In this document: positions 48,322 to 61,562 of the stretch, piece by piece
Position numbering within the stretch: position 1 is the first letter of the stretch
Layout of the letters: each line of letters begins with the position of its first letter
Source: Moniliella sp. 'wahieum'
Lineage: Eukaryota
Length of the DNA: 64,000 nucleotides
Direction: 5' to 3'
NCBI GenBank assembly: GCA_003971905.1
Contig: RSEE01000076.1
Span: 124,001 to 188,000, forward strand
Notes under the pieces: generated by a model
Told to the model about the DNA's origin: nothing
The model's database searches: none
Seen by the model: only the letters and a program-made list of their open reading frames with translations
Translations under genes and position numbers: made by a program

Positions 48322-51236
48322 ATGCCCCACTTCCCTCGCTGGCGCCGCCGCTGCGCCGCCCGCCCACGCGCCCCCACCCTCATCTTGCCCTCGCTCGCCG
48401 AGCTTCCACGTGTGTCTTCCTCCCTCCATCACAACCCGTGGTGGAAAGACGCCTATATCTCGCCAGAGCCGCTGACGTTTTCCTTGACTTGCCCGATCAT
48501 GCGGCGTTCAGCCACCTCTCTCCTGCTCCCTCAGCTCGCCAAACGGTTCACCCTCCTCCGCATGGACGACGCCCCTCTCGATCTGCCTCCCTCCCCCCCT
48601 GCAACGCCTGCCGCCTCCTCGGTCCGCGGTCTGGACCAACTCGCCTTGCAACTCGCTGCTGTGCGCCACCCCCAGTATCCATCACCTCTATGTGTGCCTA
48701 TACCGGTCTCTGTCGCCACATCCACCAAAGCAACCGTGCCTGTGATGTCCTCCTTGCCTGATCCGCCTTTTGAAAAGGTGCTCTCCCCCGCCAATGCTGT
48801 CACCGACGAAGACACCCCTTCCTGCGGTCATTTCTAACCGTAAGCGGGCTCGGCAACTAGCAGCTGCCCAGCTGGTAGGAGAGAAGACCGAAAAGACCCC
48901 ATCGACCTCAGAATTGGTCTTAGGGGTTGGCCAGTCCCTCCCCATCTCCTCGCCCCTAAAAGAAGACAATGAGGTCCAACGCCCTGTTGGTCGTGCCCCG
49001 GAGGCCGAGGACGAACCAACCTGCGCCTCACCACAACCCATCGCTCTGAGGACACTAAAATGGAGACATCCCCCGTTTCTACCCCCGGATCCATCTCTGC
49101 TCTCATCAGCACTCCGGGAAACGCAGCTCCCGAAGCCGAGGCGCTTTTGGCACCTCTCCCAACGATGACCAACGATTCCGCTGCAGATGGCGCCACCTCC
49201 CCTACCCCGGGCCTTGCACCCTGTTCCACCTCATCGTCCTTCCTTCGGAGGGCGAAGAGTGTCCTTCCTCGTTCATCTGCCCAGCGCAAAGGTACTAATG
49301 AAGGAGGTATGGCCCAGCCGGCCACACAGTCCGACGGGCTTCTACGGCGGAGCTGCACCAGCGCTAGTGGCCGCTCCCCCCTATCTTTTTGGCGTGGGCG
49401 GGGCACGGTTTCCCGTTCACAAGAACAGCGTACGAAACCCCAATCCACAACAGAGAAGCCGCTGCCACCTGTATCCCTATGGCAGAAGGGTGGTAAAGTA
49501 AATCAATTCCTCTCCCGTTATGGCAGCCTGCATCGGCATCGATCCGCTCGCACGCCCCCTAATGCCCCTGCTGTGGACAAATCCAGCGGTACGGCCTCTA
49601 CCCCGATCAAGGAGAAGGAACGCGTCTCGCTTGTTGCAAACCAACACCCAACTTACTTAACTCCTCAACCATCAGCATCAATGAAGAAGGACATACTCGG
49701 ACTCACATTAGCCACCCTAATACGGAGGGAACTACTGCCGTGCCCGTTAAAGAAGACAACTCTACCTCACCCTCTTCAAGAGAAAAACAAGGCTGTTCCC
49801 TCCCCTGTCCATCAGGGCCAGTGGACCCCTTACTGGCTGGTAACCATCCCATCTACGTCCCCCAAAGCCTCTCCGCCCAAATTGAGGCAATCAAAAGCGA
49901 GACGGAGACGGAGATAAATGCGAAAAGGGAGATGGAGACAACAACAAATACCGAAACAGATGAGAAGGAGACGGAAATGGAAGGCAATACCACCGATTTC
50001 CCCCTAACGGTTCCCTTGCGTCTACCTGACGAGGCTGGTCGGGTGCAAAGACTGTCTGGTGCGCCATCAAGTCGGGTGGTCCGTCGAACGCTGATCTTCC
50101 GGGATGAGGGAGAGGATAGGCGCAACTCAATTCTCTCTATCCTATCACGCCGCTATCTCACACGCCAAGCAACACGGAGCCATGTGGGGGATGTACCGTG
50201 CGAAGTGCGAGAATTGGTACCGCGTGCATCGCGCGCAAATAGTACTCTCACGTTTGGATCTACAACCGACCCACGGATGACGGTGGGTTCGTTCCTCGAA
50301 GCACAGATCGTTTTTCCATTGATAGCTCCTGGTCCAGCGGGACTGCCGCTACAAGGGGCGGTGGCGGGAAGAGAACGGGTTTTGACCTCCACCACAACGC
50401 GATACACTCAATCTTCATTTGGCGGGAGCGTTCGCCGCTCTGACCCTCCCCTACACCTACCCGGAATGGGCCAACACATTGAGATCACCGAGCATGAGGA
50501 TGGCCATGTGGTCTGGAATGTTCTGCAAGAACTTCAACCGTTGGAAGGAAACGGAACTCTTCATCGCTTTCCTAGTAGTTCTGGTGTTTCTGGGGTGGGA
50601 AGCAACGGCGACGACGACGGAAACCAATCAAGACGCCAGACAAGCCGTTCGGACCGATGGAGCTACTATGGCCTTCGTGACTCTGCCCCGTTTGCCACGC
50701 AGCCAGAATTGGATGCTGAAGCAGAAGAGGCCGAGGGAGATCAAGAGGAAAATCACAGTGTCCCAAACAAGGCTTGGCGTACCTTACTTGGCTCTTCTCC
50801 ATTGCTGCCCCTTTCCCCGCCCCCGCTTGGGAGTGCAACCCCATCAAAACAAGCTCAGAAAGCCAACATTATGTACACCCTCCCACTTAGTGCTTCAGAG
50901 GCAGATTGGCTTCCATTGGCCAGCTCAGAAGCAGTACAGCGCCACCACACGACCTCTGCTGTTGCCCCCAAGCTTGATCAGCATGATCCCGTCTTTCAAT
51001 CTTCCATCCAGAACCTTGCATGTGAATCAGAAGAACCTCCCACACATGTGATCTGGACAACCGACGAAGATGTAGCGGCGATGCTCGAATCTCTCTCTCG
51101 TGGGACCGACTCGGCCAAGGTGGAAATCAAGTTTCATACCCCCCTCCCGGTCTTGCCTGTTGGTCGGAAGGCTCAATCGGACGGGGTTGAGGAAGAACCT
51201 TATTACCACAGTTCCTCTCTTCCTTCCCCACATTAA
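48322..51236 (+). CDS. Hypothetical Pro/Ser-rich, probably disordered protein (joined from four ORFs across indels)
   Basis: Successive same-strand ORFs 48121-48837, 48770-49168, 49060-49917 and 49740-51236 with protein-like composition; no recognisable domain. Confidence 0.5.
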
Positions 51237-52107
51237 GACAATGAAACGCTTACCGTCGTTTTAGATATAAAGCGTAACGACTCTTCCAACAAAAAAGTTC
51301 CTGCCGTCACATCCAGCCGTTTCCGTGATTCTATCTTCTGCCCTTCTTTGCCTGATGTTGTTCTCGCAGCACATGGCTCCTATACACTCCCACTTACCCT
51401 TTCACTTATCTCTTTTCTCGCTCGGATTAATTGGGGGCCCCCTCTCATCTCACCGTCCTCTTAGCTCACACACAGTTCCTTTGGTTTCTCATATTCGAGA
51501 GAATCATTTTTTGGTCCCACGTTTTTGTTCACGAGTTCACGTTCGAATTCTTACTCATTGGTTCACCTTGGAATTGATCACCCGCGGTAAAGAGTGAGTA
51601 TTCATCTCGCGGTGGGACGGGTGCCGGTGGATGGCTAATGGTGAATGATGGGACCCAACAACAGCGTAGCATCTGCCGTTCCAGGTGCTATCTCCCTCGT
51701 CGCCCGCCAGCGCATCAGCCGGATCTAACGTAACTAGCGTAACTAACCAGATTGGTCACGTGGTTAATAACCAACCATCGATCGATCATCACGCATCACG
51801 GACCAACAGATGCAATCATGCTGCCACTGACACTGGCGCCACGCCGCCCTCCGCGGGCATGGCCTGCGCCTGCCTGTGCATGTTGCGTCCCGCACGGCCG
51901 CGCTGTCCCTCGCCCCCGCTACTTGCCAGCGGCCAGGAGCGGGCCGTGGCTGGGTGTGATGGGGATGTGACGTCGGCGACTCCGTCAGCCGCATCCGATA
52001 TTCGGCCCCCGTGCGAGTGAGTTGGGGAGCGACCGCAGAGGGTCGCTGGCCCGTCTGACAACCACCATCTCCTCCCCGTGGCCGCACCCCCGCTGCCCTC
52101 GCTGGCC

Positions 52108-53089
52108 ATGCCCGCCTCTGCTTCTGCCTCCCCCGCACCCAACGGGCTCCTTGCCCCCCCGCCCGCTGATGCACCCGTAATGGAGAAGACCCCGTCCGGC
52201 ACGACGATTGTGCCCACTCCGCATGAGAATGTGTACCTCTTTGTGCCCAACCTGATTGGGTATGCGCGCGTCGTGCTCGCCCTGGGCAGCCTGGTGTTTA
52301 TGGGCAACCATCCCAAGTACTGCACTGTCCTATACTGCATCTCCTGTCTTCTTGACGCGTTCGATGGCATGGCCGCCCGCGCACTCAACCAGTCCACCAA
52401 GTTTGGGGCTGTGCTCGACATGATCACCGACCGGTACGCACTCCCCTCTCCCTATGCACCCACATGCTGACATTGGTAGCCTAGGTGCACGACGTCGTGC
52501 CTGCTGTGTTTCCTAACGGCCGAGTACCCCGATTACAAGATCCTGTTCCAGCTGTTGATTGCGCTCGATTTCAGCAGCCACTACATTCACATGTACGCCT
52601 CCATTTCCGCTGGCTCGTCGTCGCACAAGTCCGTGTCGAAGGAGACGAGTGTATTGATGTGGTACTACTACCACAACCGCAACGTCCTCTTTTTCGTCTG
52701 TGCCGCCAACGAGCTCTTCTTTGTCGCACTCTACCTGATCAAGTTTTACACCACCCCGCTCGGGTTGCAGGCAAGCTACGTGTTGGCCCCCGCCTTCTTT
52801 TCGCTCGAGGCTTCCTCTTTGTGGGTATCCGAGGCGGTGCTGGGTACTCACGGGGCATGGGCACAGTGCCTCATCCACGGCATTACCTACCTCACCTGGC
52901 CCAGCTTCTGGCGGGATCACATTGCCCATTTGCGCATTTAAGCAGGTGATCAACGTGATTCAGATGAACAAGGCAGCGTCCATGTTGGCTCACGCGGATG
53001 TTGTAGCCCGGTACGAAGCCCGCGTTCGTACTTCGGCTGCCCCAATCGAAGCAACAGCAAGCATGGCAGAAAAGGCAGGAAAGGCATGA
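52108..53089 (+). CDS. PIS1: CDP-diacylglycerol--inositol 3-phosphatidyltransferase; intron 52434-52484; 3' end approximate
   Basis: ENVYLFVPNLIGYARV, SCLLDAFDGMAARALNQSTKFGAVLDMITDR | CTTSCLL, LDFSSHYIHMY, SSSHKSV, LFFVCAANELFF. Confidence 0.95.
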
Positions 53090-53431
53090 ACTTCCTTTCT
53101 TCTCTTCTATTCTCTTCTCCTCTCCTCTCCTCTCCTTTCCTCCCCCTCCCCCTCCCGCTCTCCCTTTGGTCTGTTGCCGCACATCACTGTGCGTGTTTGC
53201 TTGTCTATTTGATGTACCCTCAGTATTCCTTGCATTGCATCCCAAGGGCTAAACGCTAACTCGCAGACCCCAGTCATAATTACTTAACGTTTGCATGTGA
53301 CCTTGGCATGCCCTAGAATTATTGAAGGCTAAGGGGTCGCACACGACATAAAGCCAACTGAAGCTTGAAGATAGTGCATTGCCACCTGTGGAAACTACTC
53401 CTGGAACCACCTGTGAGATTTCGATAACCAA

Positions 53432-53519
53432 TCCTCGATGGTCCAACGGCTATGATGTGACGCTCTCACAGCTCCGGCTGAGTACCGTCAAGACCCGGGT
53501 TCGACTCCCGGTCGGGGAA
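53432..53519 (+). tRNA. tRNA-Glu(CTC) with a 16-nt intron (53469-53484)
   Basis: Acceptor TCCTCGA/TCGGGGA, D-arm TGGTCCAACGG, anticodon stem TGACG/CGTCA around CT-CTC-A, T-arm CCGGGTTCGACTCCCGG, downstream T-runs. Confidence 0.93.
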
Positions 53520-53687
53520 CTTTTGCCCATTTCATTTTTGGCTGGGAGATCAGGCGGAATTGGGGCCGTCCTGCTGTTCCGCTGCCTGGCTGATTTTTCT
53601 CCTTGGAGCAGCCTGGGCCGGCGTCCATCTCCAAGTGGACCAACCGATCCACACTCTTTGTCCGCTCTCTTCGCCTGACTGGCCGCG

Positions 53688-54551
53688 ATGAAGGTGGTGT
53701 CTGCATGCACGGCCTTCTATCCGACTACGAAGTATTGTCGGTCCTGCGTGACTTGCAGCAACAGCAGATCCGCGCCTTTCATCGTGCCCAGGGCAAGGAA
53801 GACACCGACCTGTCGACCGGGCCCACTGAGCTGGACCCAGAGGAGGAAGAAGCCTATTTGCGCACCATCCCTTCCAACCTCAAGGATGTGCAGCTCGAGG
53901 TACGTTGTGCTTCCGATCCCTCTCTTGTCACCCTGTCCTAAAAAAACAAAAGTTGACTGAAGGATGGATTGTGGGGATGCGGATTAGTCGATGAGCATGC
54001 TTTCCGAGACGTTCCGTGGCAGCGCACCAGACCGAGGCAGCCGTCGAAGCATTTCTCCAGGAATTGACTCTGGCGGGCTTTCGTGGTCCACACGGGCCAC
54101 GAGGCAGACGTCAAGCCATTCTGTCCAAAATGGAGCAACTCCAGATCCTTAATCTCGTACCGACTAAGACGGTGGAACTGTACACGGTACGTGTGGGACG
54201 TGGCAGAAACATGTGTATTTGGTTGCAACCACTAACCTGGTTCTTTGTCCTGTGTCTGCGCCTGGTACTGTACAGATCGTTGACGAGCTCGAGACGCGAT
54301 TGGAGACCGAAGACGTGGATGCGTTACTTGACATTGTACAGAGGACGTTACCTTTGCCCCAACCGTTTGCCGAACTTGCCACGGAAGGAGGGGAGGCCGT
54401 CGAGGTGCCTGCTGAGGAAGGGGAAGAAGACGGGGCCGAAGGCGAGTACGAAGAGGAGGATGAAGCGATGGATGAAGCCAACGATTTCGTCGTTGAAGGC
54501 CGGGCTGATGCGGAGGATGCGGTGGGCGACGAAGCCCCGGACGACGATTGA
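53688..54551 (+). CDS. RPC17: RNA polymerase III subunit RPC17/RPC9 (Rpb4/CGRP-RCP family); introns about 53900-53987 and 54187-54275
   Basis: MKVV..FLSDYEVLSVL, LSKMEQLQILNLVPTKTVELYT | IVDELETRL..VDALLDIV, acidic tail. Confidence 0.8.
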
Positions 54552-55070
54552 GGTATGATTGAGCCGCAGACGCTTCCCCCTCCACCAAGCTCAAGCAACA
54601 GGGTTTTTTTTTGTCCCTCTTGCTCCCACGCATCACGTTCCTTCTTGTCCCTTTCTAAGCCGTCCTCATCTTTAACCCCCGCCATCCAGAGTCGCGTCTC
54701 TGGTTCTATACCTATTGTCTCGCTTGTCAAATGCATGACGTGCGCAGCAACGTCGGTCGAACCGTTGTATTACCGGTTATTGGATGTTGGAACGCAGGAA
54801 TGATTAATGATGAAAAGCACCTCAACGAAGTCGAGGCAGCCATCTATGTAGAGTATCTAGAATGAATGGCCAATAGGTATAGGGAAACGGTGACAAATTG
54901 TATCGTGACGATCAAGGGGTATGGCAAACCTTGGTCGGGTGGGAGGAAGGGAGTGTGGTGAACGCGATGACCGTTACCGATTGGGTGGATGAGTACAACG
55001 AAAGGGGAGGAAGGTGAACACAAAAACAGCATGAGCAGAAACTAGTAACAGGTGACACTTGAGTGCAAGT

Positions 55071-56333
55071 TCAAGCAACGCCTGCTTTGGCTGCAATGGC
55101 AGCCTTTTCTTCCGACTCGCGCTCTTGGCGCAAGCGGTCCATCTTCTCCTTGACGCGGAAGACGATTTGGTCATTGACAGGGGTGGGGACGTGGTACTGC
55201 TTGCCCCAAGAGGAAATGGTACCGTTGATCAAGTCAATCTCGGATGAGCCTCGACGAGAAAGAACGTCCTGGAGCATGCTGGCAGTGTTCTTGGCGTTGA
55301 TCCGGACCAATTGTTCGACGTAGCCCAACATGCGCTGTGGGACAGGCCGGCCGGTACTTCGCTCCCCTTGTACGTTGCGCTCCAGCGCGTCTGAAGCACA
55401 GAGACACATTCTGCCACAATGGCCAACGACAACTCATGCAGCATGGGATCGTCAATGATTTGACCATTGAGCACCTCGTACAGTGCGCCAATCGGGTTGA
55501 CACACGAGTTGACCACCAACTTTTGCAGCACGCGCACTTCAAATTCGGGGAAGGGTTCGACGATGCACCGTGCATCCGAGGGTGGGGCCAAAATGGGCGA
55601 GGCAAGCAGTTGCATCAAGTTGGACATACTGCTGGTGCCAACGGGGGCCACATGCGACTCATCAGCCATGTGAGTGAGCATGGTTTGTTCCCATTGCGGG
55701 CCGAAGCGTGCCTCGGGGGGAACAGCGAAATGGAAAGTGTTCTTGCCCACATGGCAGACGTGCAGAGGCTCACGACGGGCCGTTCCATGGGAGTTGGAGT
55801 TGAGCAAGAAGTACGGCTGAGCAATCGGCTGAACGTCCGGCAAGGGGGAAGCAGCCGTGTGGGAAGGCTTGCCCTCGGGGAAAAATGCGCAAGGAAGTTC
55901 TCCGAGTGGCCTACGCCATTTTGAAGGAAGAGAACCGTGGAGGGACCTTTGGGGTCGCCCTGGCGCCGCATCCGTGGCAACAGAGACGTCACAACCGGGA
56001 TCGTAGGTCGCTCTTGAGCGCAACAATGAGAACGTCGATGGGATTGGCAGCAGGGTGGGGGTTGCCGCTTGGGTTGCCCGGTAGCTCATACAAGAACCCG
56101 GGTTCACGCTCTTGCGTTCCGTCGGGTTGTTCCAGGGTAATAGCCACCGTCCCATCGGCCGAAAGGGCAGCCGCAGGCGGCTGCCGGTTGATGTGGAGGG
56201 TAACGGTGGTCTGTTGGAAGCAGGCGCCATTGCCGTCACGGTAGGTCTTGTCTGCCTCGACGCGAAGCGCCCGCTTAAGGTAGAAGGCCATCAGGCCACC
56301 AACAGAGCCAACTCCGACGATGTGGATGTTCAT
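55071..56333 (-). CDS. PAN5: 2-dehydropantoate 2-reductase (ApbA/PanE/Pan5 family), with indels
   Basis: MNIHIVGVGSVGGL Rossmann motif, DVLIVALKS, VLFLQNGVG, KLVVNSCVNP, NTASMLQDV..SEIDLING, VPTPVN. Confidence 0.85.
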
Positions 56334-57886
56334 ACTGAAGCGACGGAGAGCGGTTGGTCTGAGAAGAGACGGTGAGATCGGGTGGTGGATTTGTGGGAGG
56401 GAAGGGAGCATGGATGCCTCCCTCTCCCCTTCCGTTTTTATAGCCATAGTTGCGAGTCACTTGGAATGGGGGGGCTTGTGTGGTTTTTTCGTGTCTTGCT
56501 GCTCAATGTGGATGATCGATCAGGTGGAGCGTTGCCGGCGGCAGTGTCATGTGCCCCCCGTAAGCCCCGTCTGGTCGTTCCCGGCGGGCCATCGAGGTGG
56601 AAGAAATCAATAGATAACGTGCCAAGGCCGGCGGAGGAGACTGGTGCAGACCGAGGTGCGGCTGGCCGCGGGTAGTGGTGGGCCAGGCCAGAAGCGGACG
56701 TCCCCTCGGCTACTGGCGGGACACATGATTCCTCCCGGCACGGGGGCAGCCACGTAAAATTTCACATGAAATCAAAACTAATCCGGCCCTCGGAGGCCTG
56801 GTTTGAGGGTGGCTTCAACGTCTTCAACTGAGGCTGCTTGGCTGCTTATTGCCGGCAATTCTCGGAGGACACGTAGGCGAAAACAAGCACGGCTGGGCAC
56901 TGGCCGAACCGTCGAGCGCAACCGGGGAACACCCTCATCGACCTCATCGGCCTCACCGGCCTCATCCTCATCGACCTCATCCTCGCTCAGTGGATCTCGG
57001 TCTTGACGCTTGAAGCGTGACTTGGGAGGGCAAGATACATTAAGCATGGCAGGCCGAACCGGCCTTATGTGCAAGTGCGATACAGTGCCGGCTTGGCCTG
57101 AGGAAGATTGAATACGCGGTGTGCCGTCGTCGGCAGGTGACTGAATAAAGGGAGACCTGAGGCTGGGTAGCAAGGGAGAAGCTTGTCGTCCGCTTTCTCT
57201 GTTCCTGACCAGTGGGTTGCTCGTTGCCGATTATCGATTATGCGAGGATCTCCGGTGAAAATGGCTGCAGACGAGGGATTCTTCGTTGCGTACAGGCCTC
57301 CCATATACTGCTAATCTATCTAGGTTGTACTGGTTGCTACACTGGTTTCCTGCTGAAATCCGCCGTGCATTGGCTCCTTCTTGCGACGGTCGCTTGCACA
57401 TAATAGATTTGCAGTATATTCCTCAACTCAGGTTATATGCCGGGATGTATTGTAAGCTGCCTTCCTGTTATTGGTCGATTGTGGGCACTCCGGCGTCTTT
57501 TGTCGATGTATCCTGTGGGAGTAATACAATTCTCTCTGTTTGGTGAACGATGGCAATGCTACAGGGATATGTAGGGGACGGTTCAGCACTGGCTCCCTGA
57601 GCTGTTGATCGCTCTAGACCACCGTGATATATGGAGAGGATGCGGATCATAGGTGAGAGAACCATAACTATGGATGAAGAGCATATGCGTAGAATATTCG
57701 TTGGATCCAAACTTATCAAGAGGCGAGAGAGGTGTTTTGGGGAATGGGTCCATCAGGATGTATGCCCTGCCCACCAGGGGAGGAGCATCTTTGAAGAGAA
57801 GGAGAGCAAATGATGAAAATCATGCAGAGTATATGATAGCAGATGGAAGGATAGTAACAGATTGTGTTGGTACAAGGACGTCAAAG

Positions 57887-59778
57887 CTAAGGACTGGTTA
57901 TCACCGTCCCAGCAGCCAGCTTTTCCGGCTGACTCTCGGCTTCCTTCTCTTCAAGATCCTCCCCAGGGCTAACAGCTTGCTTGGAGCGAGCCCGGATCTG
58001 GGGGCCCCATTTGAACAAAACGTAAGGAATCACGGTCAAGGCAACCGCATAAGGGAAAGAATGAGACCCGCGTATTGGCTCCCCACATTGTGGAAGAAGT
58101 AGCTGGCGTACAGCGGAGAGGTGGCACCCAAGGTGTTCCGCATCAAACCCGTTCCGGCGATAGCACTTGAACGTTGGGGCCGTAGCAATCGGCCAAGAAT
58201 GAGTAGCAGCTCTCAAAGATCCAGAGATGCCGAAGGCAATAAGAAAAAGGCCAACGATCGGACCTAAGAGAGGCGGGGGTTAGTTCACACGACCCAGAAA
58301 CGCCAAAAAACGGACGCAGAACAAAAAACGTACCAATCCAGTGGACAAAGGAGTATTGGGTGAAACTGTAGATGAATAGGCCGATTGGGAGAGCAGGCCC
58401 CAAACATGCAGCCATAGAGGCGAGCCTCTGGGGGTGCCTTGCCATCAGTTTGCGCACTCACTTGATTGTACTTCCTGATCTGAAGGAAGTTCAACAAGTA
58501 GGCAGCCGTGCAGCCTAGAGCGAGACCAATGTAAGGAAGGCCGCTGACACCCTCATTCCAGCCCTTGAGTCAGTGTAAGTGATGCTAATGACCGAGAGGA
58601 ACATGAATGTCAAGAACCAAGAGAAAGCGATCCAGAGGCCGAAGAAAAAGACAACACCCTCTGTGCACAACATGTACACGGCCTTAACCGAGGAAGAGTA
58701 CAGCATCGACTTGAGGTCAGGCGCAACAAGTTTGCCAGCCGTCATGTAGTCTTGGTTCTTGGTGGCCTTCCGGATAACTTTTAAACGCTTTGAAAGCACA
58801 GCTTCGCCACGGGTCTCTTTGAAAAAGATAGCGACACAAGCGAGTAGCGGGATGTTGGACAAGCCCTGGATACCTTCGACCCAACGCCAGCCAATTTTCA
58901 TGTCGATAAATCCACAATAGATGGGGGCCGCCACGGTACCTAAGAAAAAGAGTTAGTTAGTACAGACCTCATTCAAACGGAAACGAAATACAACCCAGAA
59001 TTGCGACCCAAGCAAAGTGGCCATAGGGATGGCGCGGTCAGCAGGGTGATAAATGTCGTCAAAAGTACCACCAACCAGAATGGTGCCGACACAACCAAAC
59101 AAGCCGAGGAAGGCACGAAGAATGATTTCTCCCCAAATGTCCTTGCATAGGGCGAGACCGATAAAGAGGAGAGAAAAGCACAGGTAGGCGCCCACGTAAA
59201 CCACCTGGCGGCCAGCAAGCTCACAGAAGGGGGCGAGGAACATGGGCGAGATGGCACAGACAAAGTTGAACGAAAAGAGGCCAAGCTGAGCCACTTCGGT
59301 GGTCGTGCTCAGATCCTCCACCATCCTGGGAATACCACTACTGTACGCAGTGGTTGCCAGACCTTGGTTGGCAGAGGTCAGTACACTGCATTCAGTAGAA
59401 GGGAGCAGCGTACCAATGAACAAGGTCATACCGCAAAGCATGGCCACTGACAAGGCTTTGCGGATGGGACTCCAGTTGTAAGGATCCTCGGGGTCGTCAT
59501 TGGCAAATCGATGACGGTGTAGTGTTTTCATTGTGGTGGGTGGGGATGGTGACCGTCAACGGCAGATCGGGTTCGATGGTCACAGTGCGCTCCTTGATAT
59601 CAGGATCAATATCATGGGCGTACTTGCCACCGACGATGTAGGCCCGTTCCTCTAGGAAGGCGGCTTGGTCAAAGGAGTGGGTGGATGCGCTACCCGAGGA
59701 TGGTTGTTCCCTGGTATCAGCATCCTTGGTAGCCGTCACAGTAGAATGATCTGGCTGTTTGCGAACGTTGAGTTTCAT
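57887..59778 (-). CDS. MFS transporter, DHA1 drug:H+ antiporter-like, with introns and indels
   Basis: DDPEDPYNWS, PMFLAPFCELAGRQVVY, GTILVGGTFDDIY, GWRWVEGIQG, FKETRG, APPEARL, VHWIG, FLADCYG, IPYVLFKWGPQIRARSK. Confidence 0.92.
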
Positions 59779-61562
59779 CGTAAAGGCACAAGCTGGCGAC
59801 ACAAAGGTCGATGGTTGGTTTTGGGGAGCTGAATGAGGGGATATGCTAGAGGTTTAGAAGAGATGTGCGTCTTGGCTGTGCTTTTTTAACGAATTGGCGA
59901 ACAGCCTAGCCACCTGGCCCTTGCTACTTCTTCCCCGTCACATCGCGCCAGGCTGATACTTGTGAGGGGTGTGCACATACATAGCGAAGGTTGGGCTTCC
60001 AGTCATACCCGCCCAAATACCTACTCCACCATCGTTCTGTGCCTCCCCGTGATGCCCTCCCTAGTTGAGGGTCCGATCCTTACGGCGTTACATCAATCAT
60101 TCGACATCAGGCCGGAGCCTCAGGCCTCAGGTGAGGCCTCAATCAAACCAAAACATGGCGGTGGCCCCCTGGTGGGCCCCCGGGGGCATGCAGTGTCGGG
60201 TGTATCGTTTCATCCATGTCGGCTGTGGCACCACACGCCCACATCAGTCCACACCCCATACGTCATGGAGAAGTCATGGTCTGAATTTAAGACGTACTTT
60301 CAACCAACGCTAGGTCCATGCATCAAGCTCCAATTCTTCCAGCTGAACATCTGTTGGGGAACTGGGAAAGTTTGTCTCTATACGCGGCGACTGGGCGCCC
60401 TCTAGTGCGGATTTACGTTATTGACTGTCGGGCCGGATTCTGAAGTGACTGTACCTACGAGTGATACACATCGGAACTGAGTCGGAGTACTCATCCATCA
60501 CCCGAAACCTTCATGCTTCATGCTTCAAGCTTCACTGTGCACTGGCCTGGCTTGATGAGTTTTTGTAGAGTGTCAGCCAGGGGTTGGTCTCGGCTATACA
60601 CGATACACAGGCACACAGTTAGAACGATTGGAGCCACAAGCTGGTGAGGAGAGTCTGCCGGGCTGATGGGCCGCCTCCGACAGCAGGCAAGAAGAGTGTG
60701 GTGACCGAGACGACAAAAAAGTTCGATGCGATGGTCAGCGCGGAGCGCGTAGCTCTCAGCATCTCAGCATCTCAGCACTAGCATCCTCAGCTTTTACATC
60801 AATCCCTGCGCTCTTCCGCTCTTCTCTTCTCTTCTCTGGCATTTCAGCTCTTAGAATCTTAGATCTTAGCTCTTTCCAGATCCCCGTCACATGTCACAGT
60901 TGGGGCTAAGGCGAGGGAGACCAGAATCGGACTAGGCCAAGGCGTGTAGCAATCGTTCGTGGGGAAGAAGCAAGAACAGAGGACATGGTGCGAAGTGGAA
61001 GGAACAGGGAAGGAGCGAGACGCTCGAGACGAAGAAATTGGAAATGGGAGCGAGATCAGCCAAACTATGACACTTCCCAGTCTTGTTGTAAAAGCCCTGT
61101 GGCCCACTCGCCTTCTATAATCTTTGGTGATCGTCGGCGACCTGTGCCAGCCTTACAGGTCACAGGTCCTCCTCAGGCCTCAGGCCGCGCCCCAAGCTTA
61201 GATTCAGGCCTCATGCCCTACTCCGCACTTCCTATCCGATGTCACATGTCACGTCACATGTCACATGTCACATGCGATGTTACATGTCACACATCGGACG
61301 GACAACTATGTAGCTGCTTTGGGGGAAAGCCCGGATAGGTCACCACTATATTTGCTTAGTGTCTTAAAGGCGCAAGATTGTCGATGCAGGCGAACGTAGA
61401 CGGGAGACCGTCGACGGCCAACGCACTGAGAAGTATTACAGCGGAGAGAAGAGAGGTCGATAGGGGTGGATGATGCCGATGGGCCTGAGGGATGGTCGAT
61501 GGAGGAAGAAGACGCATGACACATCCCGTGGTAATCAAATTTAAGGGTAAATTGGTTTTCAG

